A stretch of 42,543 bases of DNA from Octopus bimaculoides (taxonomy: Eukaryota): assembly GCF_001194135.2 (NCBI RefSeq), contig NC_068987.1, positions 56,903,381 through 56,945,923 of the forward strand, given 5' to 3'. Below, piece by piece: positions 25,101-33,817 of the stretch (positions are counted from its first letter, which is position 1; every line of letters starts with the position of its first letter). The position numbers and the translations under genes are program-made. The notes beneath the pieces were generated by a model, which was not told where the DNA came from, searched no databases, and saw nothing but the letters and a program-made list of their open reading frames with translations.

Positions 25101-28100
25101 CTTTTCTCTCAAGGCACTGTCGAGTATGCACACTGACATTACACATCAAGTGGAGCATACTGGCTTCGTTCCTTGCAAGCTTACGCATGTCCTCAGCAGT
25201 CACGGCCCATGTTTCACTGCCATGTAGCATGGCTGTTCGTACACATGCGTCATACAGTCTGCTTTTTACTCTGAGCGAGAGGCCCTTTGTCACCAACAGA
25301 GGTAGGAGCTCTCTGAACTTTGCCCAGGCTATTCTTATTCTAGCAGCTATACTTTCAGAGCACCCATCCCTGCTACTAACTCGGTCACCTAGGTAATGGA
25401 AGCTATCAACTACTTCTAGTTTTTCTCCCTGGAATGTGGCAGAAGTTGTTCTCTGCACATTTTCAGTGTTTATTGCTCCTGAGCATCTGGCACATACAAA
25501 AACTATCTTCCTAGTTAGCCTTCTTTTGATATTACTGCACCTCTTATGTGTCCATATCTTACATTAGGTACATTTTATAGAGTTTATGCCTTCGCCTTTT
25601 CTACAGATCGAGCAGGGCCATCTACCTGAAGGAGTTTGTGGTTTGTCTGCCTTTCTACTTATTAGGACTTTGGTTTTAGCTAGGTTAACTCTAAGGCCCT
25701 TCGATTCTAATCCTGTTCATTGTGGTGTGTAAGAAGACAATTACATATTCATTATGCAGGACTATTGACCACATAGTCATGAGTTCGAATCTTGCTTTTG
25801 TTGATGCTGATGTGCTATTGTACCTCTTGATAAAATACTAAGACATAATTCTGCTTGTCTGATAGCAGGGTTTACCCTTTACTTTTCTGTTTAAAAGTTG
25901 GTGATAGAAACTTTATCCACTCTGCAGAGTGGTTGATGTTCAGAAGGGCATCCAGCTGTAAAAACCCTACCAAAGCAGACACAGTAGCCTGGGGTAGTCT
26001 TCTACCTGGCCAACTCCTGTCAAATCGTCCAACCCATGCCAGCATAGAAGGCAGATATTAAACGATGATGATGATGATGATGATGATGGAGGAACAACAA
26101 TCAATCAGGCAGAATTCATTGAGACAGATTTTCTACAGGTAGATGTCCTTGTTGCCAACTCTCACCTGTTACCTCATGACCAGACATATTTTCACAGAAG
26201 ATAAGAAACAAATGTTACCCCTTGTATTACTGAGCTGTGCATTTACACTTAACATGTGGTATCAAAATAAGTAGACACTATATGTATGTGTGTGTACACT
26301 CACACATGCATACAATGTGCTTCTTTCAGTTTCCATCAACCAAATCCACTTAGAAGATTTTGGTCAGCCTGGGGCTGCTCAAGTTGCCATGCAAACTGAA
26401 CTCAAAACAACATGCAGGAAAGTAATTTCTTAGCCACACAGCTATACCTGTACCTTGTACATACACTCAATAGTGATGGCACTTGTCCCAGCTCTTTACA
26501 TTCTGAGTTCAAATCCTATCAAGGTTAACTTTGTCTCTCATCATTCCAGAGTTGATAAAATAAAATACCATTGAAGGGTAGTGGATGTAAAGAAATGTCA
26601 GAGCATCAGACAGCTGTCTTGCAGTATTTGTTCTGGCTCTTTATGTTGTTATTCACCTGTGACAACACTGTACCAAACTGTTTTGATGTTTACCTTTGCC
26701 TAAGGCAACATTGGCAGCATAGAGAGAGGAGGCTTGCTACACTGGCAACTGCTAGCTCTTCCACTGAAAAACAAAAACAAAGCTTTTGTTCAGGCCTGTA
26801 CCTTGGAGAGAAACTTTCCACTTTCCTAGCACAGATACATGATCAACCCTGTTTGACAATGGCCTTAAACAAATATGCTGTAGAAAGCTTCAAATGTAAT
26901 TAATGTAATTACAAAATTATAGTCATAACATACCCAGAGTATTTTTAGCTTGTAGATCTTAAATACAAATCTATCACAGACATTGTTGTTTGGAAGAACA
27001 TTTTTATATACTTCTGTTCACCCTGTTGACAGAAGTAGATATCAGATATTCGAGAAATGTTAGTCATGTCCTAACCAGAAAGTAATTTATATTTCATACG
27101 CTAAACACCATGCAAGTAGAGCTAAGCGTCTCCTTTTATGGGATATACGGTTACTCTTGAAGGTATGTTTTACTCCCAAAATAACTGTACCGGTTGCTAT
27201 AAGTGTCAACATATTTTTACAGATAGCAAATTCAAAAAGTTCTCTGTAAAGTTAAAGATCATGTTGATATGTTAAGGGCTCAGTTCTTCACTGCTATCAA
27301 CTTCATGTATAGCTGTTTTATCTTCATCTTTCGTTCATGTATGAGCAGCTGAATCTACCATTCACCAGAACATTGCTCCATCTCCAACCTGGAATCAAAA
27401 CCTGGAATCAACATCTCCAACCTGGAATCAAAACCTGGAATCAACATCTCCAACCTGGAATCAAATCTCTCCCATCCAAACACAAAACACACAACTTTTA
27501 CACACTTTGTATGCGGTCTTCTAAATATTATTACTGGAAGTAGACAGGATAGTCATGGCTGGAATGCCTTTGATCATAGTTCTGATGTTGTAACAAGCAC
27601 TACGTCAATCACCTCATTTGAATTCACACAGTGATCTATGTTGTCAATAACTACTCTTAAATCTAGAACTGATATTGGAGTGCACTAACCAAGTAGACTT
27701 AGATTAGCTCTGTTATGATCACCACTAAAGCCTCCAAGCTTATACAGACAGAAAAGATACAACATTCTTTGATAGTACCACTGCACTCTTCTAAATCAAC
27801 CACTGCATGATGGGGTTATATATGTGATGTGGTATGAAGTGCAAGACTAGATTTTTATTCTGTAACAGTAATAATAAGTACTCTGATTAAAACAAATTTA
27901 GTCATTAATTTAATTAAGTATAAGACTAATCCTTATGAGTGTAATGATTCTAGGCATGGTGATAAAGTATAAGGGGCATATTTATAGTTGTGAGAGGATG
28001 ATAGTGGAGAGAGAGAGTAGCTGAATAGACTACTGAGGGAAGGACCAAGGAAAGGAAAGAGATTAGTGTAAGGGGTTAACAGCAGTTTATGACATGAAAA

Positions 28101-31100
28101 TTCTTGAGAGTACACTTTAGTACATCAAATAAACAAATGTTTTAAATGTGTGTGTGCTATATAAAGATACTGAGATGATGTTGTGCAAACAAAGCTGTGA
28201 AACGTGTGTACAAACTAGACAATGAGCCATGTGGATACAGGAAGCAATGAAATATGTCTCGTGAATAAACAAAAAATGTCCGTAAATTTACATTCAACCT
28301 TCTAAATCAATGAAGGGTCTGTCAACTAATGAGTTAGCAGAGAAGTAAATAAATAAATTGATTACATGACAGATATAGTACTGTTTGGGTGATCATATAA
28401 ATACATACACATATGCACACACACACATGCAGTTTTCATAATCAAACTCCTTAATACTTATTACCATCACCAACTCCTTACAATACAGAACTGGTCTATT
28501 ATACAGTGTCCTTTTGTTTTATTTTAATATTGCATCATCTAGTTTGTGGAGTCCATCCTTCTAATGTTCAATCTAATTACCTCACCCCAGATGTTCTTTT
28601 ACATACTTCTGCTTCTTGTTCCCCTTAATATGGAACGTGTCTCACTCACCACACCATCTCTTTATTTCATACACACAAACACACACACATTATAATATTT
28701 ACCAGTGTAGTATAGAACCTGGCTTTTATAAAATTTCAAAGCCCTTTTGGAAAGTTTATGAAACCTATATACAACCTACAATAATCAGTGGATGAGAGAA
28801 TTAATTTTCACCTAGATAAAGGCACTAATCTGTCACAAATAACATTTTCAAGATAAACTGGTATTTATTCTCTAGCTAGGTAAACTGAAGCTGTGCTTGG
28901 CACACAGACATTAAAACATTTGTAGTAGGACCTTTCAGCTGGTAGCCTGATATCTTAATTACATGGTCATTTCATCTCTGTATGGAAGAGGTGAAATTCC
29001 AGATCTTTCTATTCTCCTTGCTGTAAACCTAAAGTCACATGTCACCATTAATAACCAGACGCACTGTCTATCAGTCTTCCTATCTGGTTGGTTGGCTAAC
29101 TTGTTTTCTGAAAGTTATATTGGAGGTGATAAAAATCATTGCTCTTATCAAACATTAAAAAAATTTCAAACTTTTTCAGTCTTCTTGCCACATTATGTAG
29201 AAGTAAACCATTCTTTTGCTTGCATTGCAGGTCATTGAATTGACCTACTAGGCTTAAGGTACTCCTGTAGAATGCGTATATATAAACTATAGCCAGTATC
29301 ATGTCATCTACCACTGAAGAATGTATAGGCAGTTTCAAAGCATAGTCTGTAAGACAATGACAGTAGTGAGATAATTTGGGACACAGATATGATATGGAAA
29401 AATAAAAGAGGATATTTTTAGATCTTTATATGATGAAAGAGTATTTATTTACATTGAAATTTGGCTTCAAAGGGCTCTTAAGAATGGAAAATAAAATAGA
29501 AGGTGCAGATAATACAGATATATGAGACTTTAACCCTGTAGCTCATAGGGACTTTAGTGATGTCTCCATCTTCAAGAAAAGTATCTTCAGCAAATTAGCT
29601 TGCTGAAGTCTATTCTCCTGCATGCTATAGTTATAATAGGAGTTTAATTCAGCACTGTAACAAATGATATGTCAGTTTTGCAGTGCTTCTGCTGTTACAC
29701 AGATTTGTGAGTTTTCTACCCAGCTAAGTGCACAATTTTATTGGTGTGTTAAGTGTTTAGTCTTGCCCATGAATGCTGTACTGCACCAGTGACAAAATAT
29801 AAACCACCACCCTCTTCACTGGTTGTGTTTCTACTTGACTACCAGCATTTTCATAAATTAGATGAGTTGTAAAGACAATTCAGTTCAAGAGCATTGGCAT
29901 TTGGGAGAACATTCAGCCATAGAAATCAAGCAGTAGCTTCCTGTGAGAAATGACTCAAACTGTGGTGATAGGAGATATATGCATTAGGCTTTTGTTATTT
30001 TCTGGTTGATCATTCATTAATATGCAAGTAGTGTTGGTATTAGCAGTTGCCATGGTTACAACAGTGTGGGCTGGGCTTGAATGATATCACAGTTCTTCAG
30101 TGGGAAGTGAAAAAATTCTTCTTGGTCCTCAAATGTGTCTTTGCTTCTTTCCTTGTGGCTAATACCTATCAGCTGAAAAGCCTTATTGCTAAAACCTAAG
30201 AAATGTTTAGGTTAATCCTGCACTCAAATATACCCTTACAAGTTGATTAATAATCAACAAGCAACAAATATATTTATAGGCTCGCTACTCAATACTGGAT
30301 GATGCAGGAGGCTTCATTGCAAGATGAATGTAAGCTGTAGGATGAAGGACGCCTTGCTACAATTGATACTGTAGCAGTGCAGTGAATAAACCTTGCATGC
30401 AGACTGTGTATGCTATCTTTTTGTTCTACAATTATGCTGACATCAAACAACCTATTACAAATGATAGCAACTTTCTCTTTAGCATACAGAAGAGTTATAG
30501 AAACTTATGAATGAGAGATCTGTTAAAAGAACAGGAAATTCGTGCAAATTGTATATGTGCAAGTCTACAGCTAAAAGGTTCTCTGGACACTTTTGAAGGA
30601 AGTATGAAGACCCTTTCTTGTCCAGCATTGGTGAAGGTTGGATCTTGCACAATAGTTGACACTGGAAGAATTGGGTGGCAAATGATGATGATAATGATGT
30701 GTATGTGTGTGTTTAAAATATTTTATGGATCAAATTTCAAACCATTATTTAGTCATTGTTTTCCTTGCTATTTATAACAAATTTACATGTTCCATACTAG
30801 TAATTAATTATGCAGGCATTTTTTTAATGAAGTAAATGATGACAAATTTTGACATACTTGTGTTGCAGTTCCCCCAAATTCTTGATGACCTTGGTTTTGT
30901 TGGCTTTTCTTATGATTCTCATGTTCATCATGTGATTCACCTCTTCAGGACACACTCAGAGGTAACTGTGTGTTTTGTCATTGGCAAACTCCTGCATTGC
31001 AGTGTGTCCTTTTGGGTTTGCTGTGCCTCTATCAACAATTAATATGTATTGCTGTTTCTTATTTACATTTTTCAGTACCATTGCCTTGGAGGTGCAACCC

Positions 31101-31553
31101 TTTGCAGATTGTTTGACTCATTAGTTAAGCTAACTAATTAAATGTTTTCATATACTCATCTATCCATATGTATATATTTGTGTGTGCGTATGTACATATG
31201 TATATATTTGTATATGTGTATATATAATATATGCATATGTCTATGTATGTGTGTGTGTGTGTATATATTTATATATATATATATATATATATATANNNNN
31301 NNNNNNNNNNNNNNNNNNNNNNNNNNNNNNNNNNNNNNNNNNNNNNNNNNNNNNNNNNNNNNNNNNNNNNNNNNNNNNNNNNNNNNNNNNNNNNNNNNNN
31401 NNNNNNNNNNNNNNNNNNNNNNNNNNNNNNNNNNNNNNNNNNNNNNNNNNNNNNNNNNNNNNNNNNAATAATATTAGGGACAAAATCCAAAATTACAAGT
31501 AAAAACTCAATTAAAATCAATTTATAAACTTGGTTCTTTTCCCTAAAACTATA

Positions 31554-31591
<38 letters not shown>

Positions 31592-32197
31592 CACACACAT
31601 ACATGCACATATATGCATATTTGTATGTGTATACATATATGCAAATGTACATAATTGTATGTGTATGTATATATTTGCATATGTCTATATTTGTGTGCAT
31701 GTGTGTATATACACACACATACACACATGTACATTTGGAACTGTCTTTCTTGTGTTTGCATCATGGTTATATTGTTCTTCATAACTTATCTTCTTCATAT
31801 TTTACACTTTTTTTGTTGCCCTTGTCCTACTCATAGTTTTATTGTATTAACATTTCCTGTATTAAATCACTTAACTAACATTGTCTGAATAACCTTGGTT
31901 TATGACATTCACTTATAGAACACCGTGTATGTAATGTTTTTACATAAATTTAGTCTTGTCTCTTTTTTTGTGTGTGTGTGTGCAGCTAAATATGAATTTT
32001 CGTTTGTTTTTTTTTTGTTTTTTTTTTGTTTCTCACTTCATGTGTCATTATGTGATGACAAGTAGCTAGTTAGTTCATCAAAATTAAACAAAAATCCAAC
32101 ACAAATCTAATGAAAGTTACAAAAGACGCAGAATGATTTTGACATCTTCATTTGTGTTTCTGACATGCCTTGACTTCTTTAACTGACTCATAAATTA

Positions 32198-32228
<31 letters not shown>

Positions 32229-32939
32229 TTCCATTTTGTTTCCCCTCTTCTCACCATACATGCAATTACTGTTACATTTCCCAAGTGGAAAGTGGCTTGC
32301 GTTCACTGTCCACTAAGTTCAAAATCTCTCTCTTTCTCTCTCTCTCTCTCTATATATATATATGCATATATATTAAAACATAGGGTAAAAACTTAGATAT
32401 TAATTAATATCGATTTATTACCTAGCACAGTGAAAGAATCAGAGAGATTCAGAAAAAATATCTGAGATCTTAGGGGATTAAAGTATATGTTTATATATAA
32501 CGATGATCACTAAAGTGGACATTTAATGTGCTAGAAGATCACATGTTGTGTCTACTAAGACCTAATAGTTCTCAAAAGAAATTCAGCAAAATACCAAACC
32601 GTATGCGGGCAAGACAGTGAAAAGTACAATTTTGTGTATGTAATTTTCAGTCTTGCCCGCATACAGTTTGGTATTTCACTGAATTTCTTTTGAGAACTAT
32701 TAGGTCTTAGTAGACACAACATGTGATCTTCTTCTAGCACATTAAATGTCCACTTTAGTGATCATCGTTATATATAAACATATATGCATATATATATATT
32801 TCAATTTTGTTGTTGTTACCATTTAATAAAAGAAAACTCTTTTTTTTTTTGTTTCAGACCAAAGACTGCTGGAGGAGCTAATAATAACAAAAAAGGATCT
32901 CAACTATACCCTACATCTAGAGGTCTTGTCCCCAAGTAG
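991..32939 (+). CDS. KIF3B: Kinesin-2 motor subunit KIF3B-like, 5'-partial, 14 coding exons: 991-1123, 2004-2091, 4427-4522, 6079-6143, 6415-6560, 7741-7833, 9190-9294, 11063-11182, 12476-12594, 14187-14300, 20441-20543, 23557-23696, 23867-23920, 32858-32939
   Basis: Manual splicing gives a continuous 485-aa frame with GT-AG introns. It runs from the motor end ([21 protein letters not shown]...[20 protein letters not shown]) through the neck ([30 protein letters not shown]), stalk ([21 protein letters not shown]) and tail ([24 protein letters not shown]) to [10 protein letters not shown]. As I recall, this matches the vertebrate KIF3B C-terminus (YPQSRGLVPK). Confidence 0.95.
1266..1469. mobile_element. 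Mariner-derived MITE
   Basis: TIRs of about 30 bp (ggtgctgaaaagttcctggcttt / aaagccaggaacttttcagcacc) bounded by TA. The interior resembles a mariner transposase C-terminus (YNKCVNLRG). Confidence 0.8.
2004..2091 (+). CDS. KIF3B: KIF3B-like exon ([30 protein letters not shown])
   Basis: ttttatag acceptor, gtaaag donor, phase 1 to phase 2 fits the neighbouring exons. Confidence 0.96.
2584..2788 (+). mobile_element. Family A GAT-tailed retroposon (5' side runs into an N gap)
   Basis: Almost identical to 1-222, with a (GAT)n tail. Confidence 0.85.
3154..3778 (+). mobile_element. tRNA-headed SINE with 12-bp TSD (internal duplication probably an assembly artefact)
   Basis: A-box tggcccagtggtaa and B-box-like gtttcgattcc; TSD gttagatgatgt at 3142-3153 and 3779-3790. 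Confidence 0.8.
4427..4522 (+). CDS. KIF3B: KIF3B-like exon, neck linker/neck coil ([32 protein letters not shown])
   Basis: cttacag acceptor, gttggt donor, kinesin-2 neck motif. Confidence 0.95.
4575..4780 (+). mobile_element. Family A GAT-tailed retroposon
   Basis: Same body and (GAT)n tail as 1-222. Confidence 0.85.
5130..5770 (+). mobile_element. Decayed CR1/Jockey-type LINE 3' fragment
   Basis: Broken frames give [13 protein letters not shown]...ILDCFQKRA and [12 protein letters not shown], which resemble RT C-terminal motifs (KAQVRPxMEYCSHIW; SLFYRYYxGxCS). A-rich end near 5770. Confidence 0.55.
6079..6143 (+). CDS. KIF3B: KIF3B-like exon ([21 protein letters not shown]), basic hinge
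   Basis: tttcag acceptor, gtaagt donor, frame continuity. Confidence 0.9.
6415..6560 (+). CDS. KIF3B: KIF3B-like exon ([19 protein letters not shown]...[18 protein letters not shown]), acidic hinge and start of stalk
   Basis: Long pyrimidine tract plus tttag acceptor, gtaaat donor, acidic run typical of the kinesin-2 hinge. Confidence 0.92.
7424..7640 (-). mobile_element. SINE family C (tRNA-like head, gcctttcatcc...gtcgataaaataagtacc core)
   Basis: The minus strand contains gttcaaattcc (B-box-like) and the core. Degenerate relatives lie at about 6790-7180, 16560-16735, 18283-18510 and 26480-26570. Confidence 0.75.
7741..7833 (+). CDS. KIF3B: KIF3B-like exon ([31 protein letters not shown])
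   Basis: ctacag acceptor, gtaact donor, phase 0, coiled coil. Confidence 0.93.
9190..9294 (+). CDS. KIF3B: KIF3B-like exon ([35 protein letters not shown])
   Basis: tttcag acceptor, gtaaat donor, conserved kinesin-2 stalk motif. Confidence 0.95.
10095..10460 (-). mobile_element. Degenerate SINE: family B head, microsatellite, GAT-type tail
   Basis: cagtttccatctacc...ctatagtagaagacact..ccaaggtgcc head remnant joined to a ttctatagccagatgcccttc tail. Confidence 0.6.
11063..11182 (+). CDS. KIF3B: KIF3B-like exon ([10 protein letters not shown]...[17 protein letters not shown])
   Basis: ttatag acceptor, gtaatt donor, conserved SLQQEVxxKTKKLKK. Confidence 0.95.
11695..12217 (+). mobile_element. 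5'-truncated RTE LINE (second family) with 11-bp TSD
   Basis: ORF 11595..11981 contains [10 protein letters not shown]...[14 protein letters not shown]...DRKAWR (RTE C-terminus); TSD tattacaatga at 11684-11694 and 12218-12228. Confidence 0.85.
12476..12594 (+). CDS. KIF3B: KIF3B-like exon ([40 protein letters not shown])
   Basis: tttcag acceptor, gtatga donor, seen inside ORF 12446..12697. Confidence 0.95.
12930..13315 (+). mobile_element. Retroposon segment (RTE-5'-like) inserted into a minus-strand GAT-tail element
   Basis: Contains atggcaaaccacc...ccaaggaaaccc, which I recall from RTE/BovB-associated leaders. The host element appears split (about 12883-12925 and 13318-13490). Confidence 0.4.
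14187..14300 (+). CDS. KIF3B: KIF3B-like exon ([37 protein letters not shown])
   Basis: tttcag acceptor, gtaagt donor, conserved IIENFIP..EK. Confidence 0.95.
14490..14683 (+). mobile_element. TTAA-ended MITE (family D1), degenerate
   Basis: Shares aatgcttatttattcacattg...aaatgctaaag(a/g)gttaa with 19141-19359. Confidence 0.6.
14735..15122 (+). mobile_element. SINE: family B head, microsatellite, GAT-type tail
   Basis: ggcaccttgggcaagtgtc...ggaaactgaaag head, (GT/AT) tract, then ggaagggcatctggccatagaaaatctg...gttaaa(tga)n. Confidence 0.75.
15255..15588 (+). mobile_element. tRNA-headed SINE (separate family) with near-perfect 11-bp TSD
   Basis: Head gtgactcagtagttagagc...gagtttgattccc; TSD ttactgaatga (15244-15254) / ttactaaatga (15589-15599). 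Confidence 0.7.
15690..16092 (+). mobile_element. SINE family B, full length (head, microsatellite, aaagagt tail)
   Basis: ggcgtaggagtggctgtgtggtaag A-box, ggttcagtccc B-box, tail tgactgaaacaagtaaaagagtaaaagag. Confidence 0.9.
16956..17177 (+). mobile_element. TTAA-ended MITE (family D2)
   Basis: ttaacttctttgtta...taataaaagggttaa termini; inverted partial copy at 18590-18738. Confidence 0.6.
17390..17783 (-). mobile_element. SINE family B, full length, antisense
   Basis: Reverse complement of 15690-16092 with few differences. Confidence 0.9.
18283..18510 (+). mobile_element. SINE family C
   Basis: gagttcaaattccgctgagg...gcctttcattt core; ttttccctaagg is repeated on both flanks (probable TSD). 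Confidence 0.7.
19141..19359 (+). mobile_element. TTAA-ended MITE (family D1)
   Basis: ttaccctttta...aatgctaaagggttaa inverted termini; paralogue at about 14490. Confidence 0.65.
19729..20097 (+). mobile_element. SINE family B, full length
   Basis: Same head, microsatellite and tail as 15690-16092. Confidence 0.9.
20441..20543 (+). CDS. KIF3B: KIF3B-like exon, tail ([34 protein letters not shown])
   Basis: Long T tract plus tttag acceptor, gtctgt donor, conserved KRPVSAVG. Confidence 0.93.
20782..21342. other. Assembly gap (N run) flanked by CCCT/CT repeats; other gaps at 2285-2583, 3479-3488, 22644-22653 and 31296-31466
   Basis: N characters. Confidence 0.99.
21812..22510 (-). mobile_element. 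Family A/RTE 3' UTR copy containing an expanded minisatellite
   Basis: (atc)n tail and tttctacagctg..cccttcctaac body at 21812-21970, followed by the tcactggcac repeat region. Confidence 0.7.
22081..22313. repeat. 26-bp minisatellite, 8 near-perfect units plus degenerate flanking units
   Basis: Unit tgtca(c/t)tggcacgggtgcttgtag(c/t)a, head to tail with no spacers. Confidence 0.95.
22510..22960 (-). mobile_element. Probable Penelope-like element terminal (pseudo-LTR) fragment carrying the hammerhead
   Basis: Inferred mainly from the minimal hammerhead and CpG-richer sequence that differs from its flanks. No RT or GIY-YIG coding sequence was recognised, and the boundaries are approximate. Confidence 0.4.
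22728..22763 (-). ncRNA. Minimal type I hammerhead ribozyme motif (Penelope-like element type)
   Basis: Minus strand reads GAU-CUGAAGA-A-GGAAU(UGUA)AUUCC-GAA-AUAU-C/AUC. This gives the catalytic core, a 5-bp stem II, a palindromic AUAU stem III, an AUC cleavage triplet and a 3-bp stem I. Confidence 0.6.
23557..23696 (+). CDS. KIF3B: KIF3B-like exon, tail ([46 protein letters not shown])
   Basis: taacag acceptor, gtcagt donor, conserved ENI..L.LDMP.RTT..YEGP. Confidence 0.95.
23867..23920 (+). CDS. KIF3B: KIF3B-like 54-nt symmetric exon ([19 protein letters not shown])
   Basis: Pyrimidine tract plus caatag acceptor, gtacgt donor, phase 2-2, open frame. Confidence 0.8.
24305..25710 (-). mobile_element. 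5'-truncated RTE LINE, antisense, decayed
   Basis: ORF 25075..25458 ([12 protein letters not shown]...[12 protein letters not shown]...MLHGSETW); 3' UTR with ggcac repeats and a (GAT)n tail at 24305. Confidence 0.9.
25920..26087 (+). mobile_element. Family A GAT-tailed retroposon
   Basis: agaagggcatccagctgtaaaaac...cccatgccagcatagaag...ttaaac(gat)n. Confidence 0.75.
27379..27465. repeat. 33-bp tandem repeat, about 2.6 copies
   Basis: catctccaacctggaatcaaaacctggaatcaa with an internal aacctggaatca subrepeat. Confidence 0.9.
32484..32784. repeat. Long inverted repeat (fold-back), arms of about 132-135 bp
   Basis: 32484-32615 is the reverse complement of 32650-32784 with 3 substitutions and one 3-nt indel. 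Confidence 0.95.
32858..32939 (+). CDS. KIF3B: KIF3B-like terminal coding exon ([27 protein letters not shown])
   Basis: T11-gtttcag acceptor, TAG stop at 32937-32939, C-terminal YPxSRGLVPK motif. Confidence 0.93.
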
Positions 32940-33773
32940 ATTCCCACATTAACTGCATTTGCCTGCATTCCAGTGCCATCTTAGCCTGCTGTTTGCTGCC
33001 CCTTTATAAAACAGACTGTTGACTGTTGTCCCCTTTCACACTGATACTGCAGTGTAAATCCTCTGTTTTTTGTTTCCTTTTGTTTGGTTTTTGTTTCTCC
33101 AGTTTTTTGTTTTCCCTCCTATTTATTTGTTTTCATCTTATTTATACATTTATTTATTTTTTATTTTTCCACCCAAAATTCCGAGGAATGAAAACTAAAG
33201 CAAGAAAAGTGACTATCCAATGCCCTGTACACTGCTTCGCAACAGCCCTCACCCCCATTCTACTCCTTTCCTCCATCCGTACCAACCCCAAACTTGTAAT
33301 AATGACTGGTTGCAAACTTCCTGTTTCAAACTCTTCTGGCTTGCTTTCTTCTCCTCCTCCTGTACTCTCGTTCCCTTTCTTCTATTTATTGTTCCTAGTG
33401 TTGCTGTGCTAGAATCCATTGACAATATTTCTCCCTTGAACATAGCTTGCCCACAGCAGCAGCAGCAACAGCGGCAGCGGCGGCAGTCAATGTAGCTGCT
33501 GCACCGTACCAAGTGTAGCTTGTATATATATATTACACTTTATTTATGACTTAGAGCCTCCTCTGCTGTCCAATTGTCTTCTAGTCTGGGTGCTGCATTC
33601 TTCTCTATATCATATTTATGGCCTGCTACAATGCTGCTGAAAACTACCAGTATAACTGTTTGTTTATGTGTGTGTGCACGAGTGATTGTATGTATGTGCA
33701 TATATGCATATTTTTGCATTATGTTCATTTAATCTATTATCAGCTGTATGACAACTGCTTTGTAAAATGCACA

Positions 33774-33817
<44 letters not shown>

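Noticed and set aside
30280-30329. 50-nt AG...GTAAGC pseudo-exon
   Set aside because: It shifts the frame, has a poor pyrimidine tract and shows no recognisable homology
30830-31080. Minus-strand reading frame of about 80 codons with one stop
   Set aside because: No recognisable motif or splice context; consistent with chance or a very old TE
32286-32291. 6-nt microexon (TGGAAA) after a long poly-T tract
   Set aside because: The AAG acceptor is plausible but the donor GTGGCT is too weak to support a call
991-32939. Kinesin-1 (the known octopus recoding target), KIF3A or KIF17 identity
   Set aside because: The neck, stalk ([13 protein letters not shown]) and YPxSRGLVPK end are of the KIF3B/3C type
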